Below are positions 27,732 to 37,308 of a stretch of 64,000 nucleotides of DNA, piece after piece (the first letter of the stretch is position 1; every line of letters starts with the position of its first letter). The notes beneath the pieces are model-generated. The model did no database searches, had not been told where the DNA came from, and saw only the letters and a list, made by a program, of their open reading frames with translations. A program made the position numbers and the translations under genes. The stretch covers positions 268 to 64,267 of the forward strand of contig JBAXKB010000004.1 in the NCBI GenBank assembly GCA_037137575.1, given 5' to 3'. Origin of the DNA: Actinomycetes bacterium (GTDB taxonomy: Bacteria; Actinomycetota; Actinomycetes; S36-B12; UBA5976).

Positions 27732-29318
27732 ATGCCATCCACCCAACCAATAGCAACATCCGGTGTTGCATTTGTCGTAGCAGGTCCAGGTGAAAGTGAC
27801 CTATTAACGGTTCGGGCACTTCGCCTGCTCCAAACTGCTGATGTGATTATCACCGACAGCGAAGTCGTAGCGTTAGCTCAAGAAGTCGCCCAAGGCGAAA
27901 TTCTGATTGCGCTAGATAACGTAGGTGCACCGCTATCACTGGCGGCACGGACAAAAGCAGTAGTAGATACTCGTAAGTCTGGTAAATCAGTCGTGCGATT
28001 ACTCTCTGGTGACCCGGTTATTGATGGCCGCCTTGCGATGGAAACTGCCGCGGTTGCAAAAGCTGGCTATGTATTTGAAGTCGCTGCAGGTGTTTCACCT
28101 CTTACTGCCATTCCCGCACATGTTGGCTTCTCGTTAACTAGCGGTCGCACTCGCGAAGTGCGCATTATTGACGCTGATTCGCCAACCGTTGACTGGACTA
28201 CTCACACTGATCCAACAATTACATTGGTCGTTCACAACGCTGCAGATCGTGCCAATGAAGTTTCTAAGGCATTGGTGAAAGCGGGCCGCGACCCACAGAC
28301 ACCGGTAGCAATTGTTCGTGATGGTGCCACCATTGAACAGCGCTCTTTGCATTCAACGTTAGAAGGACTTCCAGCGGCAATGAAGTTGGCAAAGCATTCT
28401 GGCGCTGGACTAGTAATTATCGGCGAGTCAGCCGCAGAGCGCACTCCTTGGTTTGAAAGCCGGGCACTTCATGGCTGGAAAGTTCTTGTTCCTCGCACGA
28501 AGGATTCAACTGAAAATTTGCAAGAAATGTTGCACACACTAGGCGCAGTTCCATTCGAAGTACCAACGATGTCGGTTGAGCCACCGCGCACACCACAACA
28601 GATGGAACGCGCAATTCATGGTCTGGTATCCGGCCGGTTCGAATGGGCTATTTTCACGAGCGTTAATGCCGTGCGCGCAATCCGCGAGCGCTTTGAAGAG
28701 ATTGGCTTAGATGCTCGTTCACTTTCGGGTATCCGCATTGCAGCCATCGGCGCTGACACTGTTGCTGCATTGGTAGCGATGGGTGTGCGACCAGACCTAG
28801 TTCCAGATGGCGATCAAACCTCAGCAGCATTGCTTGATGTGTGGCCAGAATTTGATCTGATCACCGATCCGATTAACCGTATTTTCTTGCCGCGCGCTGA
28901 CCTAGCCACTGAAACACTAGTTGCTGGCCTAACTGCGCTTGGTTGGGAAGTTGAAGATGTTACTGCTTACCGAACCGTGCGAGCTGCGCCACCACACGTT
29001 AGTACTCGTGAAGCGATTAAAAGCGGTGGCTTTGATGCAGTTGTGTTTACTTCAAGTAGCACCGTGCGCAACTTAGTCGGCATCGCTGGTAAACCACATG
29101 CCGCCAGCGTTATCGCCTGCATCGGTCCGGCAACTGCCAAGACCGCACAAGAACATGGACTTCGGGTTGACGTGTTGCCAGAAGAGCCAACCATGACAGC
29201 ATTGGTACAAGCACTTGCTGCACACGGTGTGGTGCTGCGTGATGAGGCAGCGCAAGCTGGCGCGGTTGCGTGGCGTCCGTCGCGCAAGCGGTCGGCATCT
29301 CGTCGACGCGCTACCTGA
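27732..29318 (+). CDS. hemD: Fusion of a tetrapyrrole (uroporphyrin-III C-) methylase-like domain and uroporphyrinogen-III synthase
   Basis: The N-terminal half has 'VVAGPGESDLLTVRALRLLQTADVIITD' (the GPGD..LT motif of CobA/SUMT). The C-terminal half is HemD-like ('VLVPR', 'FTSVNAV', 'FTSSSTV'). The architecture is the same as actinobacterial hemD (Rv0511-like). Confidence 0.8.
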   Translation: MPSTQPIATSGVAFVVAGPGESDLLTVRALRLLQTADVIITDSEVVALAQEVAQGEILIALDNVGAPLSLAARTKAVVDTRKSGKSVVRLLSGDPVIDGRLAMETAAVAKAGYVFEVAAGVSPLTAIPAHVGFSLTSGRTREVRIIDADSPTVDWTTHTDPTITLVVHNAADRANEVSKALVKAGRDPQTPVAIVRDGATIEQRSLHSTLEGLPAAMKLAKHSGAGLVIIGESAAERTPWFESRALHGWKVLVPRTKDSTENLQEMLHTLGAVPFEVPTMSVEPPRTPQQMERAIHGLVSGRFEWAIFTSVNAVRAIRERFEEIGLDARSLSGIRIAAIGADTVAALVAMGVRPDLVPDGDQTSAALLDVWPEFDLITDPINRIFLPRADLATETLVAGLTALGWEVEDVTAYRTVRAAPPHVSTREAIKSGGFDAVVFTSSSTVRNLVGIAGKPHAASVIACIGPATAKTAQEHGLRVDVLPEEPTMTALVQALAAHGVVLRDEAAQAGAVAWRPSRKRSASRRRAT

Positions 29319-29334
29319 TTATTAGGAGTAAGCC

Positions 29335-29979
29335 ATGAGTGATGAACTAACTATTGTTCATCTGCTACGCCATGGTGAAGTTCACAATCCGGATAAAATT
29401 CTTTACGGACGTTTGCCAGGATATTTTCTTTCTGACTTAGGTAAAGAGATGGCAGAGCGCGCCGCATCAGTTTTAGTTAGCCGAGATATCGCTGCGGTCA
29501 TTTCTTCGCCATTGGAACGCGCCCAACAGACAGCGATGCCGATTGCGGCTGCGCATAAGTTAGAAATCGGCACCGATCCAAACCTGATTGAAGCTGCAAA
29601 TATTTTTGAAGGCCAGCGAGTAGCAGTTGGCGATGGCGCATTGCGTGATCCGAAGTCTTGGCGGCATCTCTACAACCCAGTGCGCCCATCTTGGGGTGAG
29701 CCGTACAAAGAGCTTGCGAGCCGCATGCAACAAGCAGTTGTCGATGCTCGTGCTCTAGCTCGTGGTCGTGAAGTAGTACTAGTAAGCCACCAACTGCCTA
29801 TCTGGATTGCGCGAATGGCATTTGAAGGACGTCGCTTCGCACACGATCCACGTAAGCGTCAATGCAGCTTGGCTTCCCTTACATCATTAACCTTTATCGG
29901 AGATCAACTCTGCGCAATTGTTTACACCGAGCCATCAATTGACTTGGTCGAAAAAGCTAGCAAAATTGCGGGTGCTTAG
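29335..29979 (+). CDS. Histidine phosphatase family protein
   Basis: 'VHLLRHGEVHN' RHG motif and 'SSPLERAQQTA'. Confidence 0.85.
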   Translation: MSDELTIVHLLRHGEVHNPDKILYGRLPGYFLSDLGKEMAERAASVLVSRDIAAVISSPLERAQQTAMPIAAAHKLEIGTDPNLIEAANIFEGQRVAVGDGALRDPKSWRHLYNPVRPSWGEPYKELASRMQQAVVDARALARGREVVLVSHQLPIWIARMAFEGRRFAHDPRKRQCSLASLTSLTFIGDQLCAIVYTEPSIDLVEKASKIAGA

Positions 29980-29980
29980 T

Positions 29981-30547
29981 ATGTTGCGACGAGTCATCGG
30001 CGCGCTGCTTGCGCTTTTTTTCCTGACAGCTTGTTCGCAAACTTCGGTTAATAGTTCAGGTGACACAAGTTATGTAGCTGGCGATGGTTCGACAATTTAT
30101 CTTTTACCTAAAGACCGCGGGGAAGTCGTTAAGCTTTCGGGGCGCACACTAGATGAAACCAATTTGTCGACACAGACATGGCTGGGCCAAGTGGTTGTGG
30201 TGAACATGTGGGCATCTTGGTGTGGACCTTGTCGCAGCGAAGCAACTGCCCTAGCAAACTCTTACAAAGAACTTCATCCTTTTAAAGTTCAGTTTGTTGG
30301 GTTGAATACCCGTGATGGGTTGGCTGCTGCTCGGGCATTCAATAACCGTTTCCCAACTGGATACCCTTCGATTCAAGATCAAGATGGGCAGCTAATTTTG
30401 CAGTTTGGCAATTTAGGTCCGGCAGCTACGCCTTCGACCATCGTGTTGGATCGCCAAGGTCGTATCGCGGCGCGCATATTGGGCCCAATCACCCAGGCGC
30501 AACTTCGTGGCATTGTCAATGCAGTTATTGAGGATAAAGCATCATGA
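29981..30547 (+). CDS. TlpA/ResA-like thiol:disulfide oxidoreductase lipoprotein
   Basis: The lipobox 'FFLTAC' follows the signal peptide. Thioredoxin motif 'WASWCGPCRSE'. The ATG at 29981 immediately follows the upstream stop. The track start at 29918 overlaps the previous gene. Confidence 0.85.
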   Translation: MLRRVIGALLALFFLTACSQTSVNSSGDTSYVAGDGSTIYLLPKDRGEVVKLSGRTLDETNLSTQTWLGQVVVVNMWASWCGPCRSEATALANSYKELHPFKVQFVGLNTRDGLAAARAFNNRFPTGYPSIQDQDGQLILQFGNLGPAATPSTIVLDRQGRIAARILGPITQAQLRGIVNAVIEDKAS

Positions 30548-31299
30548 TTCACGCGGATGTCGCCGGAACAGTAACTTCGGGCTCACTGGTATTAGCTTTG
30601 CCGTTAGCGTTCGCAGCTGGTCTAATTTCATTTCTTTCGCCATGCGTTTTACCCTTGGTGCCCGGTTATTTGTCTTTCATGACAGGTGTTGCAGGCGCGC
30701 GAGCAAATGGCCAAGCGCCAAAGCGGAGTCGGGCATTACTGGGAACCTTACTTTTTGTTGCTGGCTACTCAGTGATCTTCATTTCCTTTGGCGCCCTTTT
30801 TGGCGGGCTGGGACAAACTTTACTTTTGCATCAACGATTAATTCAGTCGGTCATGGGAGTTGTAGTTATTGTTCTTGGACTCGGCTTCTTAGGCGTTATC
30901 CCGGCATTACAGCGCGAAGTGCGCTTACATCATCGACCAACGGGAACTCTAGTCGGCGCATTTCTTCTCGGAGCAGTTTTTGCAATCGGGTGGACCCCAT
31001 GTATCGGCCCAACTTTGGCTGCGGTGCAAGGAATGGCCTTACAAGAAGCTAGCGCAGTCCGAGGCGCAATTTTGAGTGCGGTGTACTGCCTTGGTTTGGG
31101 TTTACCGTTTGTAATCATCGGGCTGCTGATGGAAAAAGGTGTTCGTGCAATCAAAGTTTTGCGCACGCACTCCCGATTGATAATGCACATTGGTGGCGTA
31201 CTGCTGATCATTGTCGGATTACTTTTGGTAACTGGGTATTGGAATACCGTAAATATTTGGCTGCGAAGTTTGCTGCCTGTGTGGGCGGTGCCGTTTTAA
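30544..31299 (+). CDS. ccdA: Cytochrome c biogenesis thiol transporter CcdA
   Basis: 'FLSPCVLPLVPGYLS' and 'GWTPCIGP' are the two conserved Cys motifs. ATGA overlap with the upstream gene. Confidence 0.92.
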   Translation: MIHADVAGTVTSGSLVLALPLAFAAGLISFLSPCVLPLVPGYLSFMTGVAGARANGQAPKRSRALLGTLLFVAGYSVIFISFGALFGGLGQTLLLHQRLIQSVMGVVVIVLGLGFLGVIPALQREVRLHHRPTGTLVGAFLLGAVFAIGWTPCIGPTLAAVQGMALQEASAVRGAILSAVYCLGLGLPFVIIGLLMEKGVRAIKVLRTHSRLIMHIGGVLLIIVGLLLVTGYWNTVNIWLRSLLPVWAVPF

Positions 31300-32804
31300 T
31301 GCTGAGTTTTACTGCGTGGTTACGTTGGTTATGGCGTCAACTGACAAGTATGCGCATTGCGCTATTTCTGCTATTCCTTTTGGCATTAGCCAGCGTGCCG
31401 GGTTCAATTTTTCCGCAGCGCGGAACAGCGCCAGCCAGAGTTAGCCAGTACCTACGCGATAACCCAAAGTCTGGGCTGATTTTAGATCGCTTGCACATGT
31501 TCGATGTTTTTGCTTCACCTTGGTTTGCTGCTATCTATCTACTTCTATTTATTTCGCTTGCTGGTTGCGTCATTCCACGCTTATTCGAGTATTGGAAAGA
31601 ATTACGCAGCGAGCCACCTGCTGCGCCAAAAAATCTAAGTCGTCTTGGTGTTTACCAAACTTGGCACAGCGAGGTATCTGCAGAGCTGGCCCTGCCGGAC
31701 ACATCCTCGAGTTGGGCCAAAAACGGTTGGCGTGTTCGAACCGCAGCAGACCATGTTTCTGCTGAGCGCGGTTATGCCCGAGAATTTGGGAATCTGCTAT
31801 TTCACTTTGCGCTGCTTGGCTTATTGGTGGCGGTAGGAGTGGGAAGCTCATATGGATTCCGCGGCACAGTAATTGTCCGTGAAGGTTATGGTTTTGCAAA
31901 CAATGTAACTCAATACGACAGTTTCACACCGGGTAGAGCATATTCGGTAAACGAATTAGCGCCATTTTCATTTTCATTAATAAAGTTCCATGCTTCTTAT
32001 CAAGTTGGTGGAATGCAATCAGGAGCAGCTCGCGAATTTCATGCTGATGTTTCGGTTAAGTCATCGCCAACTGCATCGTCCAAGAAAGTACGCATCGAAG
32101 TTAATGAGCCGCTAAGAGTTTCTGGCGTGACTGTTTACTTGGTTGGGCATGGTTACTCGCCGGAATTCACGGTGCGCGATTCAAAGGGCGATGTGGTTTG
32201 GAAAGATGCAGCCATATTTTTGCCGCAAGATGCAAACTTCACCTCAAACGGCGTAGTCAAAGCGCCCGATAGTGTTCCACAACTTGGGCTGCAGGGTTAC
32301 TTCTTGCCAACAGTCACGTCTGATTTCAGCATGGGACCGCGCTCTATTTTCCCGGCCGCAGATGATCCAAAGGTCTACCTGAGTGCTTGGCAGGGTGACC
32401 TGGGCTTAGATAACGGAATTCCACAAAGTGTCTATCAATTAGATACCACAAAGATGAAACGAATTGGCACAGAAGAGTTAGCCCCTGGCCAGAAATGGGT
32501 TTTGCCCAAAGGTCAGGGAACCGTGGAATTTACGGGCTTCAGGCAGTGGGCTGCTTTTTCACTAGCGCATGATCCTGGCAAAGGCTGGGCGCTGTTATTC
32601 GCCATCTTGGCAATTGCTGGCCTAACAATGTCACTACTAATTCCACGCCGTCGAGTTTGGCTGCGGATTACAGAATCGCAAGACGGGGGTAACCTGTATG
32701 AAGTTGGTGGGTTAGCGAAAACTCAAGCGCCGGGGCTACCAGCAGATGTAGCAAAACTTGCCCAACTCGCACTTGAAATTGCACCGGAGGTAACTCGTGA
32801 TTAA
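31299..32804 (+). CDS. resB: Cytochrome c biogenesis protein ResB/Ccs1
   Basis: TAATG overlap with ccdA. 'LTSMRIALFLLFLLALASVPGSIFPQ' is the typical ResB N-terminus, followed by a large extracytoplasmic domain and a C-terminal TM. Confidence 0.9.
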   Translation: MLSFTAWLRWLWRQLTSMRIALFLLFLLALASVPGSIFPQRGTAPARVSQYLRDNPKSGLILDRLHMFDVFASPWFAAIYLLLFISLAGCVIPRLFEYWKELRSEPPAAPKNLSRLGVYQTWHSEVSAELALPDTSSSWAKNGWRVRTAADHVSAERGYAREFGNLLFHFALLGLLVAVGVGSSYGFRGTVIVREGYGFANNVTQYDSFTPGRAYSVNELAPFSFSLIKFHASYQVGGMQSGAAREFHADVSVKSSPTASSKKVRIEVNEPLRVSGVTVYLVGHGYSPEFTVRDSKGDVVWKDAAIFLPQDANFTSNGVVKAPDSVPQLGLQGYFLPTVTSDFSMGPRSIFPAADDPKVYLSAWQGDLGLDNGIPQSVYQLDTTKMKRIGTEELAPGQKWVLPKGQGTVEFTGFRQWAAFSLAHDPGKGWALLFAILAIAGLTMSLLIPRRRVWLRITESQDGGNLYEVGGLAKTQAPGLPADVAKLAQLALEIAPEVTRD

Positions 32805-33804
32805 TGAATCACTAGCACACACCAGTAACATCCTTGTCTACGCAGCCATGACCGGCTTTGTGGTGGCAATGGTTGCTTTTGCAATATCGCTTTCCAAGAG
32901 TCGACGCATTGAGTCACTTGAAGATTCTGTTGCCCGCACTAATTCAATTTCACCAGCCGCCCGCCTGGGTGGAACTGCCACATTGGAGCAGGCAACTGTT
33001 TCTACTGCGTTAACTGATGGTGATGAACGAGGCGCGGGTCGACGCGCAGGTAACATCGGTATGTCGCTCACTTGGCTTTCCACACTTTTGCTAGGTGCGT
33101 CAATTTTGTGTCGTGGTATTTCTGCTCACCGTTTGCCTTGGGGAAATATGTACGAATTTTCCCTTGCTGCCGGTTTCGCAATTGCAATCTCTTATTGTGT
33201 GCTTTCAGTAAAGCGCGATTTACGTTGGCTTGGCCTATTCATCGTTGTACCAGTGCTTCTTGATTTAGGTATCGCTACAACGGTTCTCTACACCGATAGT
33301 GAAGACTTAGTGCCAGCTCTTCATTCGTACTGGCTAGCAATCCATGTAACTGCTGCAACTGTTTGTGTTGGCGCTTTTTCAGTGGGCGCGGCGCTTTCTG
33401 CGCTGTACTTAGTTGCCGAGCGCGCTGAATCTCGAATTCTGGCCGGTCTTGAAGTCGGGCGCACAGGCGCTTTAGCAAAACGGCTACCTTCGGCAGATCG
33501 CCTCGATTTGATGGCTTATAGAATCCATGCTTTTATGTTCCCGCTTTGGACTTTCGCAGTAATTTCTGGCGCGATCTGGGCTGAAGCCGCCTGGGGTCGT
33601 TATTGGGGCTGGGATCCAAAAGAAACTTGGGCCTTCATTACTTGGGTAATTTATGCGGCGTACTTGCACGCGCGAGTAACTGTTGGCTGGCGCGGTCGCA
33701 AAGCTGCCTACATCGCACTTGCTGGTATTTCGGCGATTCTCGTGAACTACTTCGTGGTTAACATTTTGATCCCAGGTTTACATTCGTATTCTGGCGTTAA
33801 ATAA
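32797..33804 (+). CDS. ccsA: Cytochrome c assembly protein CcsA/ResC
   Basis: Trp-rich heme-handling motif 'WGRYWGWDPKETWAFITW'. GTG start 6 nt after GGAGG, overlapping the resB end. Confidence 0.92.
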   Translation: MINESLAHTSNILVYAAMTGFVVAMVAFAISLSKSRRIESLEDSVARTNSISPAARLGGTATLEQATVSTALTDGDERGAGRRAGNIGMSLTWLSTLLLGASILCRGISAHRLPWGNMYEFSLAAGFAIAISYCVLSVKRDLRWLGLFIVVPVLLDLGIATTVLYTDSEDLVPALHSYWLAIHVTAATVCVGAFSVGAALSALYLVAERAESRILAGLEVGRTGALAKRLPSADRLDLMAYRIHAFMFPLWTFAVISGAIWAEAAWGRYWGWDPKETWAFITWVIYAAYLHARVTVGWRGRKAAYIALAGISAILVNYFVVNILIPGLHSYSGVK

Positions 33805-33867
33805 GCCATCAGCCTGAACAAAATTTTGGTTAGCCACACAAATCAAATCTGACTTTAGACTTAACTT

Positions 33868-34110
33868 ATGAAACCAACTCTGATCTACACACTTTCCCGA
33901 CTTGCCCTGCTTGGACTTTGTCTGGGTCTTGGTTACTTGGCCAGCTTGCGCGGTGTCATCTTGTTGCTCGCAGCGTTTTTGGGATCAGGCTTATTGTCGT
34001 TTGTACTTTTAACAAAGCAGCGCACAGCGATGGGTGAAAAAATTGGGACAGCGTTATCTGCTGTGAACCAAAAAATTGAGGCAAATACGGGTAAGGAAGA
34101 TATCGATTAA
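33868..34110 (+). CDS. Small two-TM membrane protein (DUF4229-like)
   Basis: 80 aa with two hydrophobic helices and an acidic tail. It is convergent with menA and overlaps it by 4 nt. Confidence 0.55.
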   Translation: MKPTLIYTLSRLALLGLCLGLGYLASLRGVILLLAAFLGSGLLSFVLLTKQRTAMGEKIGTALSAVNQKIEANTGKEDID

Positions 34111-34988
34111 GAATTTGCTATTGCAAAACTAAGGATCAAGGAAAATACGAATAGGGTTTTTCCAGTTCCAGCTAAAACTGGAATCAGTGCCTTGCCTTGT
34201 GCGCCACTACGAATCACTTTGATTGGTTCAACCGCAATGAATCCAGCACTTACTGCTACCCAAGCAAGCGTTGGTCCCTTTTCAATAAGCGACATGGCGA
34301 TAGAAATTCCAATTCCGGCCATAACTGTAAGCACAAAAAGTGCGCGAGTTTTTGCATCACCTAAGCGCACAGCCAGTGTTTTTTTACCAGCAACAATATC
34401 GCTTGGAATATCTCGAACATTGTTGGCCAGCAAAATTGCAGTTGAAAGTAATCCGCATGAAACGCCGCCCAAAACAGATAGCACAGAAATATTCCCTGTT
34501 TGGCTGGCGCTAGTGCCAATCACTGCGACCAATCCAAAGTAAGTGAAGACAAAGACTTCGCCAAGGCCCAAGTAACCGTATGGCTTCGAGCCACCCGTAT
34601 AAAACCATGCGGCCAACATTGCCGACAGACCAACTGGTAGCAGAATCCAAAGTCCGCTGGCTGCAGCCATAATCAGTCCAGCTATTCCAGCAACTGTGAA
34701 ACTTAAAAATGCAGCTCGCTTTACTGCAGAAGGAGTTGCTAGTTTCTGCCCGACAAGGCGCACCGGACCAACTCGCACATCATCAGTGCCTCTTATTCCG
34801 TCGCTGTAATCATTAGCAAAGTTAACCCCGATTTGTAGCGCTAAGGCCACAACCAACGCACATAAGGCAATACCAATGCGAGCACTTCCGGCAAAGTCAG
34901 CGATTGCGGTACCGACAAGTACCGGCGCAATTGCCGCTGGCAGTGTGCGAGGACGTGTACCTGCGATCCATTGCGATCTCGTTGCCAT
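34107..34988 (-). CDS. menA: 1,4-dihydroxy-2-naphthoate polyprenyltransferase
   Basis: UbiA-family motifs 'NFANDYSDGIRG' and 'NNVRDIPSD' in a polytopic membrane protein. Confidence 0.92.
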   Translation of the reverse strand: MATRSQWIAGTRPRTLPAAIAPVLVGTAIADFAGSARIGIALCALVVALALQIGVNFANDYSDGIRGTDDVRVGPVRLVGQKLATPSAVKRAAFLSFTVAGIAGLIMAAASGLWILLPVGLSAMLAAWFYTGGSKPYGYLGLGEVFVFTYFGLVAVIGTSASQTGNISVLSVLGGVSCGLLSTAILLANNVRDIPSDIVAGKKTLAVRLGDAKTRALFVLTVMAGIGISIAMSLIEKGPTLAWVAVSAGFIAVEPIKVIRSGAQGKALIPVLAGTGKTLFVFSLILSFAIANS

Positions 34989-34999
34989 GATTTCCTTGT

Positions 35000-36310
35000 C
35001 TAGCTTGCGCCAGGATGATTAAGTTGACCATCCGAGATTTCTTGATTTGCTTGGAGTCTTAAGCCAAGGCGATCAATCTTTCCACTATCGAGCATAGGCA
35101 ACTGGTCCACAAATGAAACAGTGCGGGGAGTGGCAGCCCGACCAATTCGCTGAGCGACTGCTTCTTGAATTTCACGTCGCAACTTGTTTTTAGATTCTGC
35201 GGTGTGGGTTTCATTGTTGCGCAACACTACGTACGCCACAGGCAAAGAACCCCATAGCGGGTCAGTTACATCGATAACTGCCACTTCATCAATATTTGGG
35301 TGATGTCGAATAGCTGCTTCAACCGCAGAAAGTGCAACGTTAACACCACCCACTGTGACTATGTCATCAAGACGACCAAGTATGTGAATCAAACCGGCTG
35401 GGTCAATTGCCCCAACATCGTGAGTAATGAATCGGTTATCTACAAATGAAACCCCATCCAAGTCTGGGCGTAACCGGTAGCCAGAAGCGAGTACTGAACC
35501 TGCAATACTGATGCGTCCTGGTTGTGCATCTTGCTCTGAAGCAATAGATACCTGCACCCCATTTAGTGGCATGCCATCGAAAACACATCCACCGCAAGTT
35601 TCACTCATGCCATAAGAGACTGAAACTTTGATTCCGAGTTGTCGCAATTTTTCCAAGAGTGGTTGGGGAGTTGCTGCTGCGCCGCTCAACACTAAGTCGT
35701 AAGCCTGAAGTGCTTCGATTCCAACTTTGCCTGAATCGATGAGCCGGGAAATTTGTGTTGGCACCAAACTCACCATCAGCGGACGTCCATCAGCTTGTGA
35801 ACTTCGAACCGCGCTTTGGGTAGTTGCCCAAAAAGTTGGCGCACTAAATTGCCGAGCGCCACCAATCGAGGGATCAAGCACGATGGGACTGTTATTGAAG
35901 TGGGAACGCACAAGGACCATCAGTCCAGCAATTCGATGTATTGGCATGGCAAGAACCCAACGGGAGTCTGTGCCAAATCTTTGACCGAAGGCAGTAGCCG
36001 AAGCATGTAGAGCTGTGCGTGAAAGTAGTGTGCCGCGCGGAGTCCCAGTTGAACCAGAGGTTGAACAGACAATAGCTATTTCATCAGATTCAATTAGAAA
36101 ATCGGGATCGTCAGCGCGAATTACCGACTTGATTGTCGAGGCAACACTTTCTGGCTCAGTTGGAATAGGCGCAATTGCTGGTCCGGTTCCGTCCAAGGCT
36201 CGACGAAGTGCTGGCTGGATTTGCATAAGCCCGCCCGCGCCTGGCGAAATCAGGACAGATGCAAGCATCTGCCTGCTTGCCTGATTGGCGAATGTGTCAG
36301 AAGTGCTCAT
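35000..36310 (-). CDS. menE: O-succinylbenzoate-CoA ligase
   Basis: Adenylate-forming motifs 'CSTSGSTGTPRG', 'YGMSET' and 'GKIDR'. I prefer the ATG at 36310 (MSTSDTF...). The track start at 36436 would overlap menB divergently. Confidence 0.85.
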   Translation of the reverse strand: MSTSDTFANQASRQMLASVLISPGAGGLMQIQPALRRALDGTGPAIAPIPTEPESVASTIKSVIRADDPDFLIESDEIAIVCSTSGSTGTPRGTLLSRTALHASATAFGQRFGTDSRWVLAMPIHRIAGLMVLVRSHFNNSPIVLDPSIGGARQFSAPTFWATTQSAVRSSQADGRPLMVSLVPTQISRLIDSGKVGIEALQAYDLVLSGAAATPQPLLEKLRQLGIKVSVSYGMSETCGGCVFDGMPLNGVQVSIASEQDAQPGRISIAGSVLASGYRLRPDLDGVSFVDNRFITHDVGAIDPAGLIHILGRLDDIVTVGGVNVALSAVEAAIRHHPNIDEVAVIDVTDPLWGSLPVAYVVLRNNETHTAESKNKLRREIQEAVAQRIGRAATPRTVSFVDQLPMLDSGKIDRLGLRLQANQEISDGQLNHPGAS

Positions 36311-36357
36311 TGAGACTAGCCTAGAGCGAGACGCAACTAAAGATTTCAAGGTATGCC

Positions 36358-37290
36358 ATGGATACACGTAATCAATACCCATTAGAGCCGATTGCCCCTG
36401 CTGGTAGCCCTGCTTTAACTGACCCAGCGCACTCATCCATGATTCCTGCTTGTGAGTGGGAAAGCATTGGCGAGTTCTCGGATATCAAACTTGAACTGGC
36501 AACGGATGAAGCAGCGGGCATAGCCAAAATAACAATTAATCGGCCAGAAAAACGAAATGCATTTCGCCCGCAAACTGTGACCGAATTACTACACGCATTC
36601 GAAATCGTTCGAGACCATCCAAGAGTCGGTGTGGTTATTTTGACAGGCCAAGGTGATTTAGCATTCTGCAGTGGTGGCGATCAGAGTATTCGCGGTGACG
36701 ACGGTTACATCGGTGACGACTCTGTTGCACAAGCGGGCGTAGGCCGACTAAATATCTTGGATCTGCAAATTGCCATTAGGCGGATTCCAAAGCCAGTTAT
36801 TGCAATGGTCGCTGGTTACGCAATTGGTGGTGGCCACGTCCTACATGTTGTTTGCGATTTAACGATTGCTGCAAGTAATGCTCGCTTTGGTCAGACAGGT
36901 CCAAAAGTTGGCTCATTTGATGGCGGATACGGATCTGGTTTATTAGCTAAACACATTGGTCAGAAACGCTCGCGTGAAGTTTGGTATTTATGTCGTCAGT
37001 ATGGATCTGCACAAGCGTACGACTGGGGTCTAGTAAACCAAGTCGTTCCAATTGAGGATCTTGAACTTGAGACTGTGATTTGGGCGAATGAAATACTTTC
37101 AATGTCCCCGCTTGCACTTCGTATGCTTAAGGCAAGCCATAATGCAGTTGATGATGGCTTAGCAGGCGTGCAGCAACTAGCAGGCGATGCGACACTGTTG
37201 TTCTACATGAGCGAAGAAGCGCAAGAAGGTCGTAACGCATTCAAGGAAAAGCGCGAGCCAGACTTCAACCGTTTCCCCAAACGCCCTTAA
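36358..37290 (+). CDS. menB: 1,4-dihydroxy-2-naphthoyl-CoA synthase
   Basis: Crotonase fold '[12 protein letters not shown]', 'FCSGGDQ', '[18 protein letters not shown]' and '[14 protein letters not shown]'. The start is uncertain, with an alternative ATG at 36439. Confidence 0.92.
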   Translation: MDTRNQYPLEPIAPAGSPALTDPAHSSMIPACEWESIGEFSDIKLELATDEAAGIAKITINRPEKRNAFRPQTVTELLHAFEIVRDHPRVGVVILTGQGDLAFCSGGDQSIRGDDGYIGDDSVAQAGVGRLNILDLQIAIRRIPKPVIAMVAGYAIGGGHVLHVVCDLTIAASNARFGQTGPKVGSFDGGYGSGLLAKHIGQKRSREVWYLCRQYGSAQAYDWGLVNQVVPIEDLELETVIWANEILSMSPLALRMLKASHNAVDDGLAGVQQLAGDATLLFYMSEEAQEGRNAFKEKREPDFNRFPKRP

Positions 37291-37308
37291 CCTGAAGGCA
37301 CATCTGTA

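Noticed and set aside
30507-31052. A 181-aa plus-strand ORF in an alternative frame overlapping ccdA.
   Set aside because: The ccdA frame carries both conserved Cys motifs and is translationally coupled to its neighbours. The alternate frame is Arg/Ser-rich with no motif.
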